From: Chitinophagales bacterium
GTDB taxonomy: Bacteria > Bacteroidota > Bacteroidia > Chitinophagales > Chitinophagaceae
DNA length: 64,000 nt
Reading direction: 5' to 3'
NCBI GenBank assembly: GCA_038207305.1
Contig: JBBQZY010000016.1
Location: forward strand, 2,906-66,905
In this document: piece after piece, positions 1 through 10,013 of the stretch
Layout: every line of letters starts with the position of its first letter
Numbering within the stretch: position 1 is the stretch's first letter
Notes under the pieces: generated by a model
Databases searched by the model: none
Told to the model about the DNA's origin: nothing
Seen by the model: the letters and a program-made list of their open reading frames with translations, nothing else
Program-made: the position numbers and the translations under genes

Positions 1-1029
1 GAACAAGGCCTTTGATATCCGGACTCATCCGGTAGATCCCATTCGGACAAGCATATATACTTCTTAAAAGTTTGTGTTGAAGATCAGCAGTCAGAACCGT
101 TGAAGCAGCGTCAATGCTTTCGATGGAAAGGTTGAAATTAGGATCGGTATTTTCATATTCAGATGATAAAACCTGCGATTGGTCCGCGATGAATTTTTTA
201 AATGCATCTGCTTCAGCTGCAGCGATTACAATTTCCGCAAATGATTCTCTTGGTATGGCGTTCCGCAATCCACCTCCATCAATTGTATTGATCCTTAAAC
301 CAAATGATCCGGCAGCATTGTACAAAATTCGGTTAATAATTTTGTTCGAATTTCCACGGCCCTTGTATATGTCCATTCCTGAGTGACCGCCTGTTAGTCC
401 TTTGATGTTTATTCTAAATCCAACACAACCTGCAGGCGCTGGTTCAGTTTCATATTTCCCGGAAGCAGTTACATCGATTCCACCTGCACAACCGATGGTG
501 AGTTCACGATCATCTTCTGTATCAAGGTTGAGCAGGATTTTCGCATCCAGTAATCCGCCTTTTAAGCCGAGTGCACCCGTCATACCCGTTTCTTCATCAA
601 TGGTGAACAATGCTTCGATCGGAGGATGTGGAATATCACTGGCAGCAAGTATGCTCATGATAGATGCAACACCAATCCCATTGTCGGCACCGAGTGTAGT
701 GCCCCTTGCTTTAACCCAGTCGCCTTCAATAAACATTTCAATGCCTTGAGTAGCGAAGTCAAAATTGGTATCGGCATTTTTTTGGTGAACCATATCAAGG
801 TGGCTTTGCAACGCTACCATCGTTCTGTTTTCCATACCTGCAGTGGCCGGTTTCTTGATGATCACATTTCCTACTTCATCTTTATATGTTTCGAGCTTAA
901 ATTTTTTACCGAAGCCGATAATGAACTGTATCACGCTTTCTTCTTTTTTGGAAGCACGGGGAACTGCATTCAGGTCTGCAAAATTATTCCACAGGCTTTT
1001 TGGTTCCAGGTTTCTTAATTCGTTACTCA
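1..1029 (-). CDS. pepD: Aminoacyl-histidine dipeptidase (PepD, peptidase M20 family), first 343 codons; the C-terminus runs off the left edge
   Basis: Not in the ORF track because there is no stop inside the window. The reverse complement from ATG at 1029..1027 reads MSNELRNLEPKSLWNNFADLNAVPRASKKEE...KKPATAGMENRTMVALQSHLDMVHQKN...GDWVKARGTTLGADNGIGVA...FTIDEETGMTGA with no stop down to position 1. It is colinear with E. coli PepD motifs (KPATAGMEN, HLDMV.QKN, WVKARGTTLGADNGIG). The + strand ORFs at 114..1046 are antisense shadows. Confidence 0.9.
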
Positions 1030-1181
1030 TGAGATTAATTAAATAAATATTCAGGCTTCAAATGTACCGCTAAGACATGGAGCTGCAAAGAAAAAAATAC
1101 TTAACAACCTGGCGTCTTTGCCTCCATGAAATCGGTTGCCGCATTTTCAAATGAACTACCTTAGCTGATCAAATCATAACG

Positions 1182-1871
1182 ATGAAAACAGTCATTGTAA
1201 CCGGCGCTTCCGGTAATATGGGACAAGCCGTTGTAAAGAAATTTTTAGTTGAAGGATACCGTGTTATCGGTACCGCCGTACCAAACGATCCCATTCCGAT
1301 GGATTTCGCAGATGCTTATTTTGAAAAGATAATCGTTGACCTGATGAATGAGGAAGACTCAGAAAAATTTATCGCAAAGATCGTCGAAAAATATAAATCG
1401 ATCGACGTAGTTGTATCAACCGTTGGTGGATTCGCTATGGGTTCTGTTGCCGAAACAAAAACATCCGATATTGCTAAACAATATAAACTGAATTTTGAAA
1501 CAGCTTACAATGTAGCCAGGCCTTCCTTTGTACAAATGATGAAGCAAAACAACGGAAGAATATTCCTGGTAGGCTCACGCCCTGGGTTAACTGCGAAAGG
1601 AGGGAAGGGGATGGTGGCTTATGGTCTTGGCAAATCGCTCATCTTTCGCATTGCTGAATTGATGAATGAAGAGGCGAAGGGACGCAATGTGGTGGTTTCT
1701 GTATTGGTGCCAAGTACGATCGACACGCCACAGAACAGAACATCTATGCCCGATGCGGATCCTGCCACATGGGTAAAGCCTGAAGCCATTGCCGATACCA
1801 TTTATTTTTATTGCACCGAACAGGCAGGAGCGTTGAGGGAACCTGTTATTAAATTATATAACAATGCCTAG
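1182..1871 (+). CDS. Short-chain dehydrogenase/reductase (SDR) family oxidoreductase
   Basis: 229-aa ORF with the Rossmann glycine motif VTGASGNMGQAV and a catalytic Y-x-x-x-K as AYGLGKS. Length is typical of classical SDRs. Confidence 0.85.
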   Translation: MKTVIVTGASGNMGQAVVKKFLVEGYRVIGTAVPNDPIPMDFADAYFEKIIVDLMNEEDSEKFIAKIVEKYKSIDVVVSTVGGFAMGSVAETKTSDIAKQYKLNFETAYNVARPSFVQMMKQNNGRIFLVGSRPGLTAKGGKGMVAYGLGKSLIFRIAELMNEEAKGRNVVVSVLVPSTIDTPQNRTSMPDADPATWVKPEAIADTIYFYCTEQAGALREPVIKLYNNA

Positions 1872-1910
1872 GGTCACTACTCGCTGAACATAGAAAAAAA
1901 AGCATGTTGT

Positions 1911-2183
1911 TTATTCAGCAGTGGCTGGACTGATAATCGCAGCAACGGCATTTACTTCGTTTGCAGGAAAGCCACCCTGCTTTGCATGCTCCCTGATCAT
2001 TTCTTCATTTGGGGCTATATACACACAATATATCTTATCAGCCGTAACATAGCTTTCCAGCCATTGTATCTGCGGACCCATATTGCTTAGTACCCCACAG
2101 GATGTTTGGGGGATGGATTTTAATTGCTCAGGTGATAAATTACCTGCACCCGGAATTTCTCGTTCAATGATATACTTGGGCAT
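1911..2183 (-). CDS. DUF4242 domain-containing small protein
   Basis: 90 aa. The N-terminus MPKYIIEREIPGAGNLSPEQLKSI and the stretch YCVYIAPNEEMIREHAKQGGFPAN match the pattern I recall for DUF4242 proteins. Function unknown. Confidence 0.65.
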   Translation of the reverse strand: MPKYIIEREIPGAGNLSPEQLKSIPQTSCGVLSNMGPQIQWLESYVTADKIYCVYIAPNEEMIREHAKQGGFPANEVNAVAAIISPATAE

Positions 2184-2265
2184 CTTGTTTTTGTTTAGCT
2201 GATGAATTGATTTAAAATTCTAAGTTATAAATAAAAAACGCAAAGTGATCGTTAAGAGACGGGAC

Positions 2266-2781
2266 TTAGTTTGCGGGAATATTATTTTCTGAAAATAACA
2301 TCAATTCTTCTTTCCCGACCCTTACCATTTTTTCAAAGCCAAGCCCGATCTTTTTGAGCAGTTTTATTGAATGGAGGTTATCTGCGGAAGTGATTGCAAC
2401 AACTTTTTTTATGCCGAGCGTTTCTTTCGCATGCTGCATGGTTGCTGCTGCAATTTCGTATGCATAACCTTTACCACCAAATTCCGGCAATAAAGCAAAG
2501 CCGATATCAACATCTTTCAATCCTTCCCTTTTGATAAGTCCGCACATCCCAATAGGTATGTTGCCTTCTTTTAGTTCTATCATCGAGAGGCCAAAGCCAT
2601 GCTGGTAATAACTTTTCATCGGGCCATTTACGAGGTAATAAACTGCATCAGAAGTTGTTTTAATATTCCTGTCGCCAATGAACTGCAGCCAGGTTGCATT
2701 GTTTACCAGGGTCAATATGAATGCAGCATCACTGGTATCGAATTCCCTTAATAACAATCTTTCTGTTTCGAACAGCTTCAT
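2266..2781 (-). CDS. GNAT family N-acetyltransferase (RimJ/RimL-like)
   Basis: 171 aa. Begins with an ETERLLLREF-type N-terminus. The GFALLPEFGGKGYAYEIAAA region resembles an acetyl-CoA binding segment typical of Acetyltransf_3-type GNATs. Confidence 0.8.
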   Translation of the reverse strand: MKLFETERLLLREFDTSDAAFILTLVNNATWLQFIGDRNIKTTSDAVYYLVNGPMKSYYQHGFGLSMIELKEGNIPIGMCGLIKREGLKDVDIGFALLPEFGGKGYAYEIAAATMQHAKETLGIKKVVAITSADNLHSIKLLKKIGLGFEKMVRVGKEELMLFSENNIPAN

Positions 2782-2818
2782 GCAATTGCTTTAGAAGTAT
2801 TCTTTATATATTGTAAGA

Positions 2819-5191
2819 TCAAAAATCAGTTGACAATGTTAAACCGTATGTTTTTGGATCGGCCAAATGTACCGCTCCAAAATCATAAGCATAGGCGATG
2901 TGCTTTTTATCAGCGAGATTTCTTCCCCAAAACATTAAAGAAACATATTTTGTTGCAACACCAAAACGTACATTAAATAAACTGTAATCGGGTTGTCTTA
3001 TATTGTTGACAAGGTCAAAATATTGCTGTCCTAAATAAAACCATTCGCCGCGGGCAACCAGTTTTACTTTTTTATTTTTACCAAATGCGTAACTATATTG
3101 TAATGCCAACAGGGATGTGGATTCGGGTGTGAACAGTTGGCGCTTTCCATCCAGGTCTGCATTGGAGCCGGATTGAGAAAGTTTTAAATTCTTGTATTTT
3201 GCATCTGTATAACCGAAATTATAATCAATCTCTAACCCTTTCAGCGGTGTTGCTGCGAGTTCAAGTTCAATTCCCTTGCTGGTAAGTTTGCCGGCATTTT
3301 TTGTTATGGTGACTGCGTCGGGCAAGATCAGCGTTGGCACCTGGGCATCCGTTACCGTTGTAAAGAATGCTGTTATATTCAATCGCAACCTGTTATTCAA
3401 TAAATTATTTTTTATTCCGGCTTCAATATTATTGCTAAATTCTGGTTTGTAAGGATAGAGTGGGGGTTGTGAAGGATCGGATGATAAAGCGGTTAACCCT
3501 CCTGTTCTGTAGCCGCGGCTATATGTGATAAAGAGGTCACTGTTCTTATTCAGTTCATACGACAACCCGAATTTTGGTGATACAGCATTGAAAGATGCAC
3601 TGGCGCTGGTGTCGGGCCTTGTATCAAATTGTGGATTTGGATCAGGGTCTTTTTGATATTGCCCCAATACATTGTATGCTTTCTTTTCATAGTCATATCT
3701 TAATCCCGCTATTGCACTTAATTTATTTGTAATGGCATAGGTTGCCTGCCCAAAGAATGCGATGCCTGAACTCTTTCCTTTAGTTGTATTAATGGTTGAA
3801 AAATTAATGTCGGGTGCGCCAACAACAAGTATGGCATCATTGCCAAAATGAGTAGCCTGCTTTGTTGGATTATCCTGTTTGAAAAGATAAGTCCCCAATG
3901 TCCATTTTAATTTGGAAGCGGAATTTGTTGCATTGCTGAATTTCAATTCTTCAGTAATGACTTTTACATTGTTCCAATCCTTACCGTAATTGTTGATCAC
4001 TGTTACAGCATCGTATTCAGAAAAATCACCGTCTAATGGGTTGTTGTAATAACGGTAATTAGATTGATAGGCAGTTTGTGAACTAACATTAAATTTACTG
4101 CCGGTAAAATTTATCGATAAAGAGCTGTTAAGACTGTTATCGATCATTTTAGCTATTGCATTCTGCCTAAGCACAAATGGATCAGCGAATGATTCATCAA
4201 CTCCGAAAACCATTGGGAAAGCACCGTCATTCCTGGTGTTTTGATGTTTTACATTCAGCACAACCGACCATTTTGAAGTTGGCAAAAATTTCAAATAATA
4301 ATTTCCCATAAAACCATTCCTGCGATCGAATGAATTATTGTAGAAAGCATTCTTATAATAGCCATCCCGTTTATCATACATAAATGAAACACCCAGGAAT
4401 AATTTATTTTTCAGTACCGGCATTCGTATTCCTGCACTATAACGTTGCCGGTTATAATTACCAATATTGATCTCTGCAAATCCGCTCATTTTATTACCCG
4501 GTTGTTTGGTGATGATATTGATCACACCACCCATGGCATTTCTTCCATACAAAGTTCCCTGTGGCCCACGCAATATTTCTATCCGTTCAACATCTGATAA
4601 TTGTGGCATATAAGTATCGAGGCTAAACTGGTTAACGCCATCAATATAAGTAGCCACAGCCGGGTCGTAGGAAGTGGTTGCAATACCGCGGATACCGGTA
4701 ACATTCCTGTCATCACCCGATGAAGCCGAATACAGATTTGGTACAATAGCAGTAAGTTCATTGCTGCTCCACAAACGATAATCTTTTACCTGTCGTGCAG
4801 CAATGGCAGTGATACTAAGCGGTACTTTTTGCAAAAATGCTTCTTTCTTTTCCGCACTTACCAATACAGCTTCCAGTTGAAGGTTTGCATCTGCCAGTCT
4901 GAATTCAGCAACCTGTTTACCTGCTTTTCGAACGAATACTTCTTTGTTGAGCGTTGCAAAACCAATTGATGATACCTGTACTTCATAGTTGCCTGGCGGA
5001 ATATCCTTAAAACTAAAATTCCCCTGTGCATCAGTGGTAGTACCAAGGTTTGTATTCAATAAATATACCGAGGAGTTTGGGATGCCAATTGCTTTGCTAT
5101 TCATGATTTTACCTGAAAATTCCGTTTGCTGGCAATTAACAGCAATGGTTATGCATGTTAGCAATATAGAAAAGAAAATCCTCATATTCAT
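2819..5191 (-). CDS. TonB-dependent outer-membrane receptor with N-terminal carboxypeptidase-regulatory-like domain (not SusC-sized, no SusD partner)
   Basis: 790 aa with a signal peptide and a CarboxypepD_reg-like segment (GNFSFKDIPPGNYEVQVSSIGF). Plug motif DVERIEILRGPQGTLYGRNAMGGVINIITK. The beta-barrel body ends in a terminal aromatic residue (..LTLSTDF). Confidence 0.9.
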   Translation of the reverse strand: MNMRIFFSILLTCITIAVNCQQTEFSGKIMNSKAIGIPNSSVYLLNTNLGTTTDAQGNFSFKDIPPGNYEVQVSSIGFATLNKEVFVRKAGKQVAEFRLADANLQLEAVLVSAEKKEAFLQKVPLSITAIAARQVKDYRLWSSNELTAIVPNLYSASSGDDRNVTGIRGIATTSYDPAVATYIDGVNQFSLDTYMPQLSDVERIEILRGPQGTLYGRNAMGGVINIITKQPGNKMSGFAEINIGNYNRQRYSAGIRMPVLKNKLFLGVSFMYDKRDGYYKNAFYNNSFDRRNGFMGNYYLKFLPTSKWSVVLNVKHQNTRNDGAFPMVFGVDESFADPFVLRQNAIAKMIDNSLNSSLSINFTGSKFNVSSQTAYQSNYRYYNNPLDGDFSEYDAVTVINNYGKDWNNVKVITEELKFSNATNSASKLKWTLGTYLFKQDNPTKQATHFGNDAILVVGAPDINFSTINTTKGKSSGIAFFGQATYAITNKLSAIAGLRYDYEKKAYNVLGQYQKDPDPNPQFDTRPDTSASASFNAVSPKFGLSYELNKNSDLFITYSRGYRTGGLTALSSDPSQPPLYPYKPEFSNNIEAGIKNNLLNNRLRLNITAFFTTVTDAQVPTLILPDAVTITKNAGKLTSKGIELELAATPLKGLEIDYNFGYTDAKYKNLKLSQSGSNADLDGKRQLFTPESTSLLALQYSYAFGKNKKVKLVARGEWFYLGQQYFDLVNNIRQPDYSLFNVRFGVATKYVSLMFWGRNLADKKHIAYAYDFGAVHLADPKTYGLTLSTDF

Positions 5192-5745
5192 ATAAGCAGT
5201 TTTGTCAGGAATGGTAACGAATAAACATATCGCTCAGGATGAGAACATGCAAATTATGCATTATTTTTTATTTAAGAAAAGGTTGAAAATTCCTATAACA
5301 TTGCTGTAAATGTCGAATTTGTCTTTCTATACTGTGTTTCCGAAGAAGGAGGAATGTAAGGAAGGCGATTGGCGTATTATGATGCATGTTGCATAGTGTA
5401 GAAAATAGCGCAGTTATTTTATCAGGAATAATCGCTTTTCTTTTCCCCGCGACTTTGCTCCTTTGCGATCATTGGGTGAAACCCAGGGGTAATATTCGAA
5501 GTCTGATCGGTATAAAGCCTGTAGATGATTTTGTGTATTTAATGTGAAAAAATAAATTCATTGGAAATGTTATAAGTTTTTATCTTTACAGATCTTCAGT
5601 ACTGAATGATATCATAGTCCCCTCCCTAATCTTAAACAAACAGGCTTCTGTAGCAGAACGAGCGAAAAGGCTTTTTCATTAAACCCGATGAATATTTAAA
5701 AACTTTCTTTAACCCGCCTTGAGATCCATATGCTGCTCTTTAATC

Positions 5746-5769
5746 GCCTGCCTGTTGGCAGGTTTTTTT
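5746..5769 (+). terminator. Rho-independent terminator-like hairpin with no upstream + strand ORF
   Basis: CCTGCC (5747-5752), TGTT loop, GGCAGG (5757-5762), followed by T7 (5763-5769). The T-tract is only on the + strand side, so it is oriented for a + strand transcript. Confidence 0.5.
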
Positions 5770-5866
5770 ATTTTGCACAAATAGCAATGTATACAGGATG
5801 AAGTTAAAGTGTAAGAGCTGAGCTATAAGATGTCATGTAGGCTGTTTAAATGATACATCCTCCAGC

Positions 5867-6901
5867 TCAGATAACAGAGAATTTATAAATAGTTGTCTGC
5901 CTATAAGTACATCCTGGCATTAGCATTGTGCTGGGAAATGAAGATTCATTCGGACTGTTTGGGAAATGCTGTGCTTCCAGGCAGAGCGCTGCATGACGTT
6001 GATATTTGCTTTCATCTGCAGGATCATCCGAAGCTATATTCAAAAAATTGCCCGAATAAAATTGAAGCCCGGGTTCTGTTGTAAACACTTCCATGGAACG
6101 ACCGCTTGTGGGTTCATACAATACAGCAGCTTTTCCCGAATCTCCATTCAGTACCATATTCATATCGTAACCATTGGGAAGACTGCCGATATCAGTTCCA
6201 ACTTTTTTGGGCGAAGTAAAATCATACGGTGTATTTTTTACGAAAGCAAGTTCCCCGGTGGGAATAGAACTTTCATTAGCGACCGTAAATTTCTCTGCAA
6301 ACAATAATAATTCATGATCTAAGACATTGTTCAGTTTGCCTCCGGATAAATTAAAATAACAATGGCTTGTAAGATTAACATGTGTTGCTTTATCAGTAAC
6401 AGCGCTGTAATCTATCATCAATGCATTGTCGGGATATAAGCGGTAGATCACTTCTACATGCAGGTTACCGGGAAATCCTTCTTCACCGTCTTTGCTTTGG
6501 TAGGTTAATTTCAGACTGCAATCAGCTTCATTTTTTTCAATATGCCACCAGGCTTTATCAAAACCTTTGATGCCACCATGCAAGCTATTACCCTGGTTGT
6601 TTGTGGCGAGTGTATATGATGTTCCGTCTATTGAAAAACGGGCATCAGCTATGCGATTACAATAACGCCCAACAATACAACCAATGTATTGATCACTGTT
6701 CTGAAAATAGCCTTCCATGGAATCAAAGCCGATGATAACATTTGCTTTTGCTCCATGCCTGTCGGGACTAATTATTTTTGTGATCGTTGCGCCATAATTG
6801 ATAACAGAGACCTGCATGCCATTTTCATTGGCAAGTGTGTATTCTGTTACGGGTTTGTCTTCGAAAACGCCGAATGGATTTTCTGTTATAATGCCATTCA
6901 T
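5867..6901 (-). CDS. galM: Galactose mutarotase (aldose 1-epimerase)
   Basis: 344 aa with aldose-epimerase motifs (NSLHGGIKGFDKAWW, the HVNLTSHCYFNL region, ALCLEAQHFPNSPN). Last gene of the galactan/galactose array. Confidence 0.9.
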   Translation of the reverse strand: MNGIITENPFGVFEDKPVTEYTLANENGMQVSVINYGATITKIISPDRHGAKANVIIGFDSMEGYFQNSDQYIGCIVGRYCNRIADARFSIDGTSYTLATNNQGNSLHGGIKGFDKAWWHIEKNEADCSLKLTYQSKDGEEGFPGNLHVEVIYRLYPDNALMIDYSAVTDKATHVNLTSHCYFNLSGGKLNNVLDHELLLFAEKFTVANESSIPTGELAFVKNTPYDFTSPKKVGTDIGSLPNGYDMNMVLNGDSGKAAVLYEPTSGRSMEVFTTEPGLQFYSGNFLNIASDDPADESKYQRHAALCLEAQHFPNSPNESSFPSTMLMPGCTYRQTTIYKFSVI

Positions 6902-6982
6902 ACAATCAATTTTATTTTACTTAATTATACTAACGTATTTTTTATTTAAAGGTTCATCCATTAGCATGTATAACAGTCTTTT

Positions 6983-8671
6983 CTACCAAAAAACAGTGTA
7001 CAATGCAACTATGATTGCACAGGCAATGATGGCACCCACTGCAAATGATGTATTGACTTTAAACATCATTTTGTCAACTTCTAATCCATGTGGCTTAACG
7101 CCGTTGCGATTATCGATGGCACTGATAACAACCATACCGATGATGCATAATATGAATACGAACATCATGCGGTCAAGGAATGGTATTTCAAATATTCCTG
7201 CTGCATTTGCTTTTGAAAAACCAGTTCCTGATAAAAAGGAGAGGTCTGCCATACCAGGCAGGAATTTAAAAAGGATAGAAAAAAGAAATCCGCCTATGAT
7301 TGCAAACAGGGCTGCATTGGAAGTTGCTTTTTTCCAGAAGAAGCCAAGTATGAACATGGCAAAGATACCCGGTGATACAAAGCCTGTGTATTCCTGTATG
7401 TACTGGAATCCTTGTTTTCCTTCTCCCATAAGGCTTTCACCCAGTGCCAAAGCAAGCAGGATGGCAAGTATCATTGAAACAACAACGGTGATCTTACCAA
7501 CGCCTACCAGTTTTTTATCATCAGCATTTGGGTTGATGGCTTTTTTATAAATATCGAGGGAGAAGATCGTTGCAATGCTATTTGCTTTTCCTGCGAGTGA
7601 TGCAACAATGGCTGCCGTTAATGCAGCGAATGAAAGTCCTTTTAAACCGGTTGGCAATAAATTCAATAACGATGGATATGCTTTGTTTACATCAACGATG
7701 CCTTTTGAATCCAGCATTTCGGTATGAAACATTCCTTTTTGATACAATACATAGGCAGCAATACCCGGCAATACAACGATTACCGGCATTAGCAGTTTTA
7801 AGAAAGCGGCAAAGAGCAACCCTTTTCGGGCCGTAGGCAAACTGGCACCCAACGCCCGTTGTGTGATGTATTGGTTACAACCCCAGTAATTTAAATTTGC
7901 GATCCATAGCCCGCCAAGCAAAACAGAAAGTCCCGGCAGATCCATATAATTATCATTTTCTTTTTTGAAGATCAGGTGAAAATGATCATTGGCTTGCGTA
8001 GTAAGTAAATTAAATCCATTGATCAAACCCGATTGTCCTGATTTCTCCGCCACTAAATTCAATGCGATGTAAGTGGCAACAAGACCGCCTAATACCAAAA
8101 AGAAAACCTGTATCACATCAGTGTAACCGATTACTTTCATTCCACCCAGTGTTATGATAACTGCGAACACGGCCAGCAAGCCGATGCACAAATGAATATC
8201 CAATCCTGAGATACCATGAATGGCCAATGCACCGAGGTACAGAATCGACATCAGGTTTACTACCACATACAACATCAACCAGAATACAGCCATGATCATA
8301 GCAACTGTTCCATTGTAACGGGTACTTAAAAATTGCGGCATCGTGTAGATCTTATTTTTAAGATAAACAGGGATGAAAAAAACTGCAACAATGATCAGGG
8401 TTGCTGCGGCCATCCACTCATAGGCAGAAATGGCAAGCCCCATTTTAAACCCGCTTCCACTCATACCGATGAATTGTTCGGCAGAAATGTTGGAAGCGAT
8501 CAACGATGCACCAATGGCCCACCAGGTAAGGGATCCTTCTGCTAAGAAATAATCATGCGAAGCAGATGTTGAGTGCTTGTTCTTTTTTCGATATACCCAG
8601 TACCCATAACTGGCAACCACGATAAAGTAAAAAAAGAACACGAGGTAATCTTTGGTTGATAATGCATTCAT
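6983..8671 (-). CDS. Sodium:solute symporter family sugar transporter (SGLT-like)
   Basis: 562 aa polytopic membrane protein with SSF hallmarks (GGMKVIGYTDVIQ, NYWGCNQYITQRAL). Sits between galK and galM. Confidence 0.85.
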   Translation of the reverse strand: MNALSTKDYLVFFFYFIVVASYGYWVYRKKNKHSTSASHDYFLAEGSLTWWAIGASLIASNISAEQFIGMSGSGFKMGLAISAYEWMAAATLIIVAVFFIPVYLKNKIYTMPQFLSTRYNGTVAMIMAVFWLMLYVVVNLMSILYLGALAIHGISGLDIHLCIGLLAVFAVIITLGGMKVIGYTDVIQVFFLVLGGLVATYIALNLVAEKSGQSGLINGFNLLTTQANDHFHLIFKKENDNYMDLPGLSVLLGGLWIANLNYWGCNQYITQRALGASLPTARKGLLFAAFLKLLMPVIVVLPGIAAYVLYQKGMFHTEMLDSKGIVDVNKAYPSLLNLLPTGLKGLSFAALTAAIVASLAGKANSIATIFSLDIYKKAINPNADDKKLVGVGKITVVVSMILAILLALALGESLMGEGKQGFQYIQEYTGFVSPGIFAMFILGFFWKKATSNAALFAIIGGFLFSILFKFLPGMADLSFLSGTGFSKANAAGIFEIPFLDRMMFVFILCIIGMVVISAIDNRNGVKPHGLEVDKMMFKVNTSFAVGAIIACAIIVALYTVFW

Positions 8672-8814
8672 AATGCAGGTTTGTTTTGGGCGTTGATAAA
8701 ATGATAATGGTTCTTCAGGAATAACATTTTTTCTTTGTGAATATTTTTGTCTTCATGTCTTTGTGGCTTGAAATATTGCCATTAAGGCTCTAAGGCTGAA
8801 AAAAGCCCAAAGGT

Positions 8815-9963
8815 TTAAGCACAAATTTCTGTTCCGTTTTCGATTGATGCCACATAACCTGTAACAGGCAGTTTCATTGCTGCACGGTAAGCAATGCTGA
8901 TATCTGCTACCAGTTTTTCAATGGCATCTTCTTTTACCAGGTTGATGCTGCAGCCACCAAATCCTCCTCCCATCATTCTTGCACCGGCAACGGCTGGTAT
9001 ATCCTTTACATAGTCAACCAAAAAATCAAGTTCTTTACAACTTACATTATAATCTTTACTTAGCCCATCGTGCGTTTGAAACATTTTTTTCCCCAAGGAA
9101 CTGATATCTCCATGTTTCAGATCTTCGCAGGCGCCGAGCAGCCGCTCATTTTCTCCCACTACATATTTGCTGCGCCGGTAAACTAAAGGATCAATGGGTT
9201 CAACATATCTCAGGAGCATCTCCATGGTTACATCCCTAAGGCTTTTTATTTCGGGATGATGCACGGCAACAAGCGATACAGCTCTTTCACATTGCTGTCG
9301 GCGGGTGTTGTATTCAGACGAAGCGAGGTTGTGTTTTATATTTGTATTCAACAATAGTATTTTATACCCATCCAGTTTTAGCGGAACATATTCATATGCA
9401 AGTGACCGGCAATCTAATTTTATTGCTTGGTCTTTTTTCCCAAACATACTGGCAAACTGGTCCATGATACCGCAGTTAACGCCTGCAAATACATGCTCCG
9501 CTTTTTGAGCAAGCGGAACCATAGTAATCCTGTCTAATCCCAGGTCAAACATTTCATTCAATCCAAATATGGTAGCACATTCAACTGCTGCGGAAGAGGA
9601 GAGACCGGCACCAATGGGGATATCGCCATCAATTACTAAATTAAATCCCGGAAATAAAAATCCTTTCTTTTGAAGTTGGTCAACAACACCCAAAATATAG
9701 TTTGGCCACTGTGTAGGGGATGGTTGTATATTTTTAATATCCGCTGTAATGGTTTGATCAAAATCCACGGCATACAGGTTTATGATATCGTCTGTTCTTT
9801 TGCTGATGGCAACATAAATACTTTTATCAATCGCCGCAGGTAGCACAAAGCCCTCATTGTAATCGGTATGTTCGCCGAGAATGTTTACACGGCCTGGCGA
9901 GCGAACCACAACCGGTTGCCCGGCATATTTTTCGTTGAATACTTTCGTTATTTTTTTGATCAT
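8815..9963 (-). CDS. galK: Galactokinase
   Basis: 382 aa with the galactokinase signature GRVNILGEHTDYNEGFVLPAAI and the GHMP kinase ATP motif PIGAGLSSSAA. Confidence 0.95.
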   Translation of the reverse strand: MIKKITKVFNEKYAGQPVVVRSPGRVNILGEHTDYNEGFVLPAAIDKSIYVAISKRTDDIINLYAVDFDQTITADIKNIQPSPTQWPNYILGVVDQLQKKGFLFPGFNLVIDGDIPIGAGLSSSAAVECATIFGLNEMFDLGLDRITMVPLAQKAEHVFAGVNCGIMDQFASMFGKKDQAIKLDCRSLAYEYVPLKLDGYKILLLNTNIKHNLASSEYNTRRQQCERAVSLVAVHHPEIKSLRDVTMEMLLRYVEPIDPLVYRRSKYVVGENERLLGACEDLKHGDISSLGKKMFQTHDGLSKDYNVSCKELDFLVDYVKDIPAVAGARMMGGGFGGCSINLVKEDAIEKLVADISIAYRAAMKLPVTGYVASIENGTEICA

Positions 9964-10013
9964 ATTTGTTGTTTGTTCAAACTATAATTTTATCCCCGAT
10001 TCTGCATTCCAGC

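Noticed and set aside
114-1046. Four + strand ORFs (90-130 aa) listed in the track at the left edge
   Set aside because: They lie antisense to an uninterrupted PepD reading frame with strong homology motifs. Their sequences are low-complexity Ser/Pro/Ile-rich shadows.
5470-5500. GGGTGAAACCCAGGGG string reminiscent of the GGTGAAA..CC segment of cobalamin riboswitches, near a TonB-dependent receptor
   Set aside because: It is on the + strand, while the receptor is on the minus strand. I see no B12 box (GCCACTG-like) and no flanking conserved helices.
6798-7550. 250-aa + strand ORF
   Set aside because: It is entirely antisense to the sodium:solute symporter and galM start region. The composition looks like a shadow ORF with no motifs.
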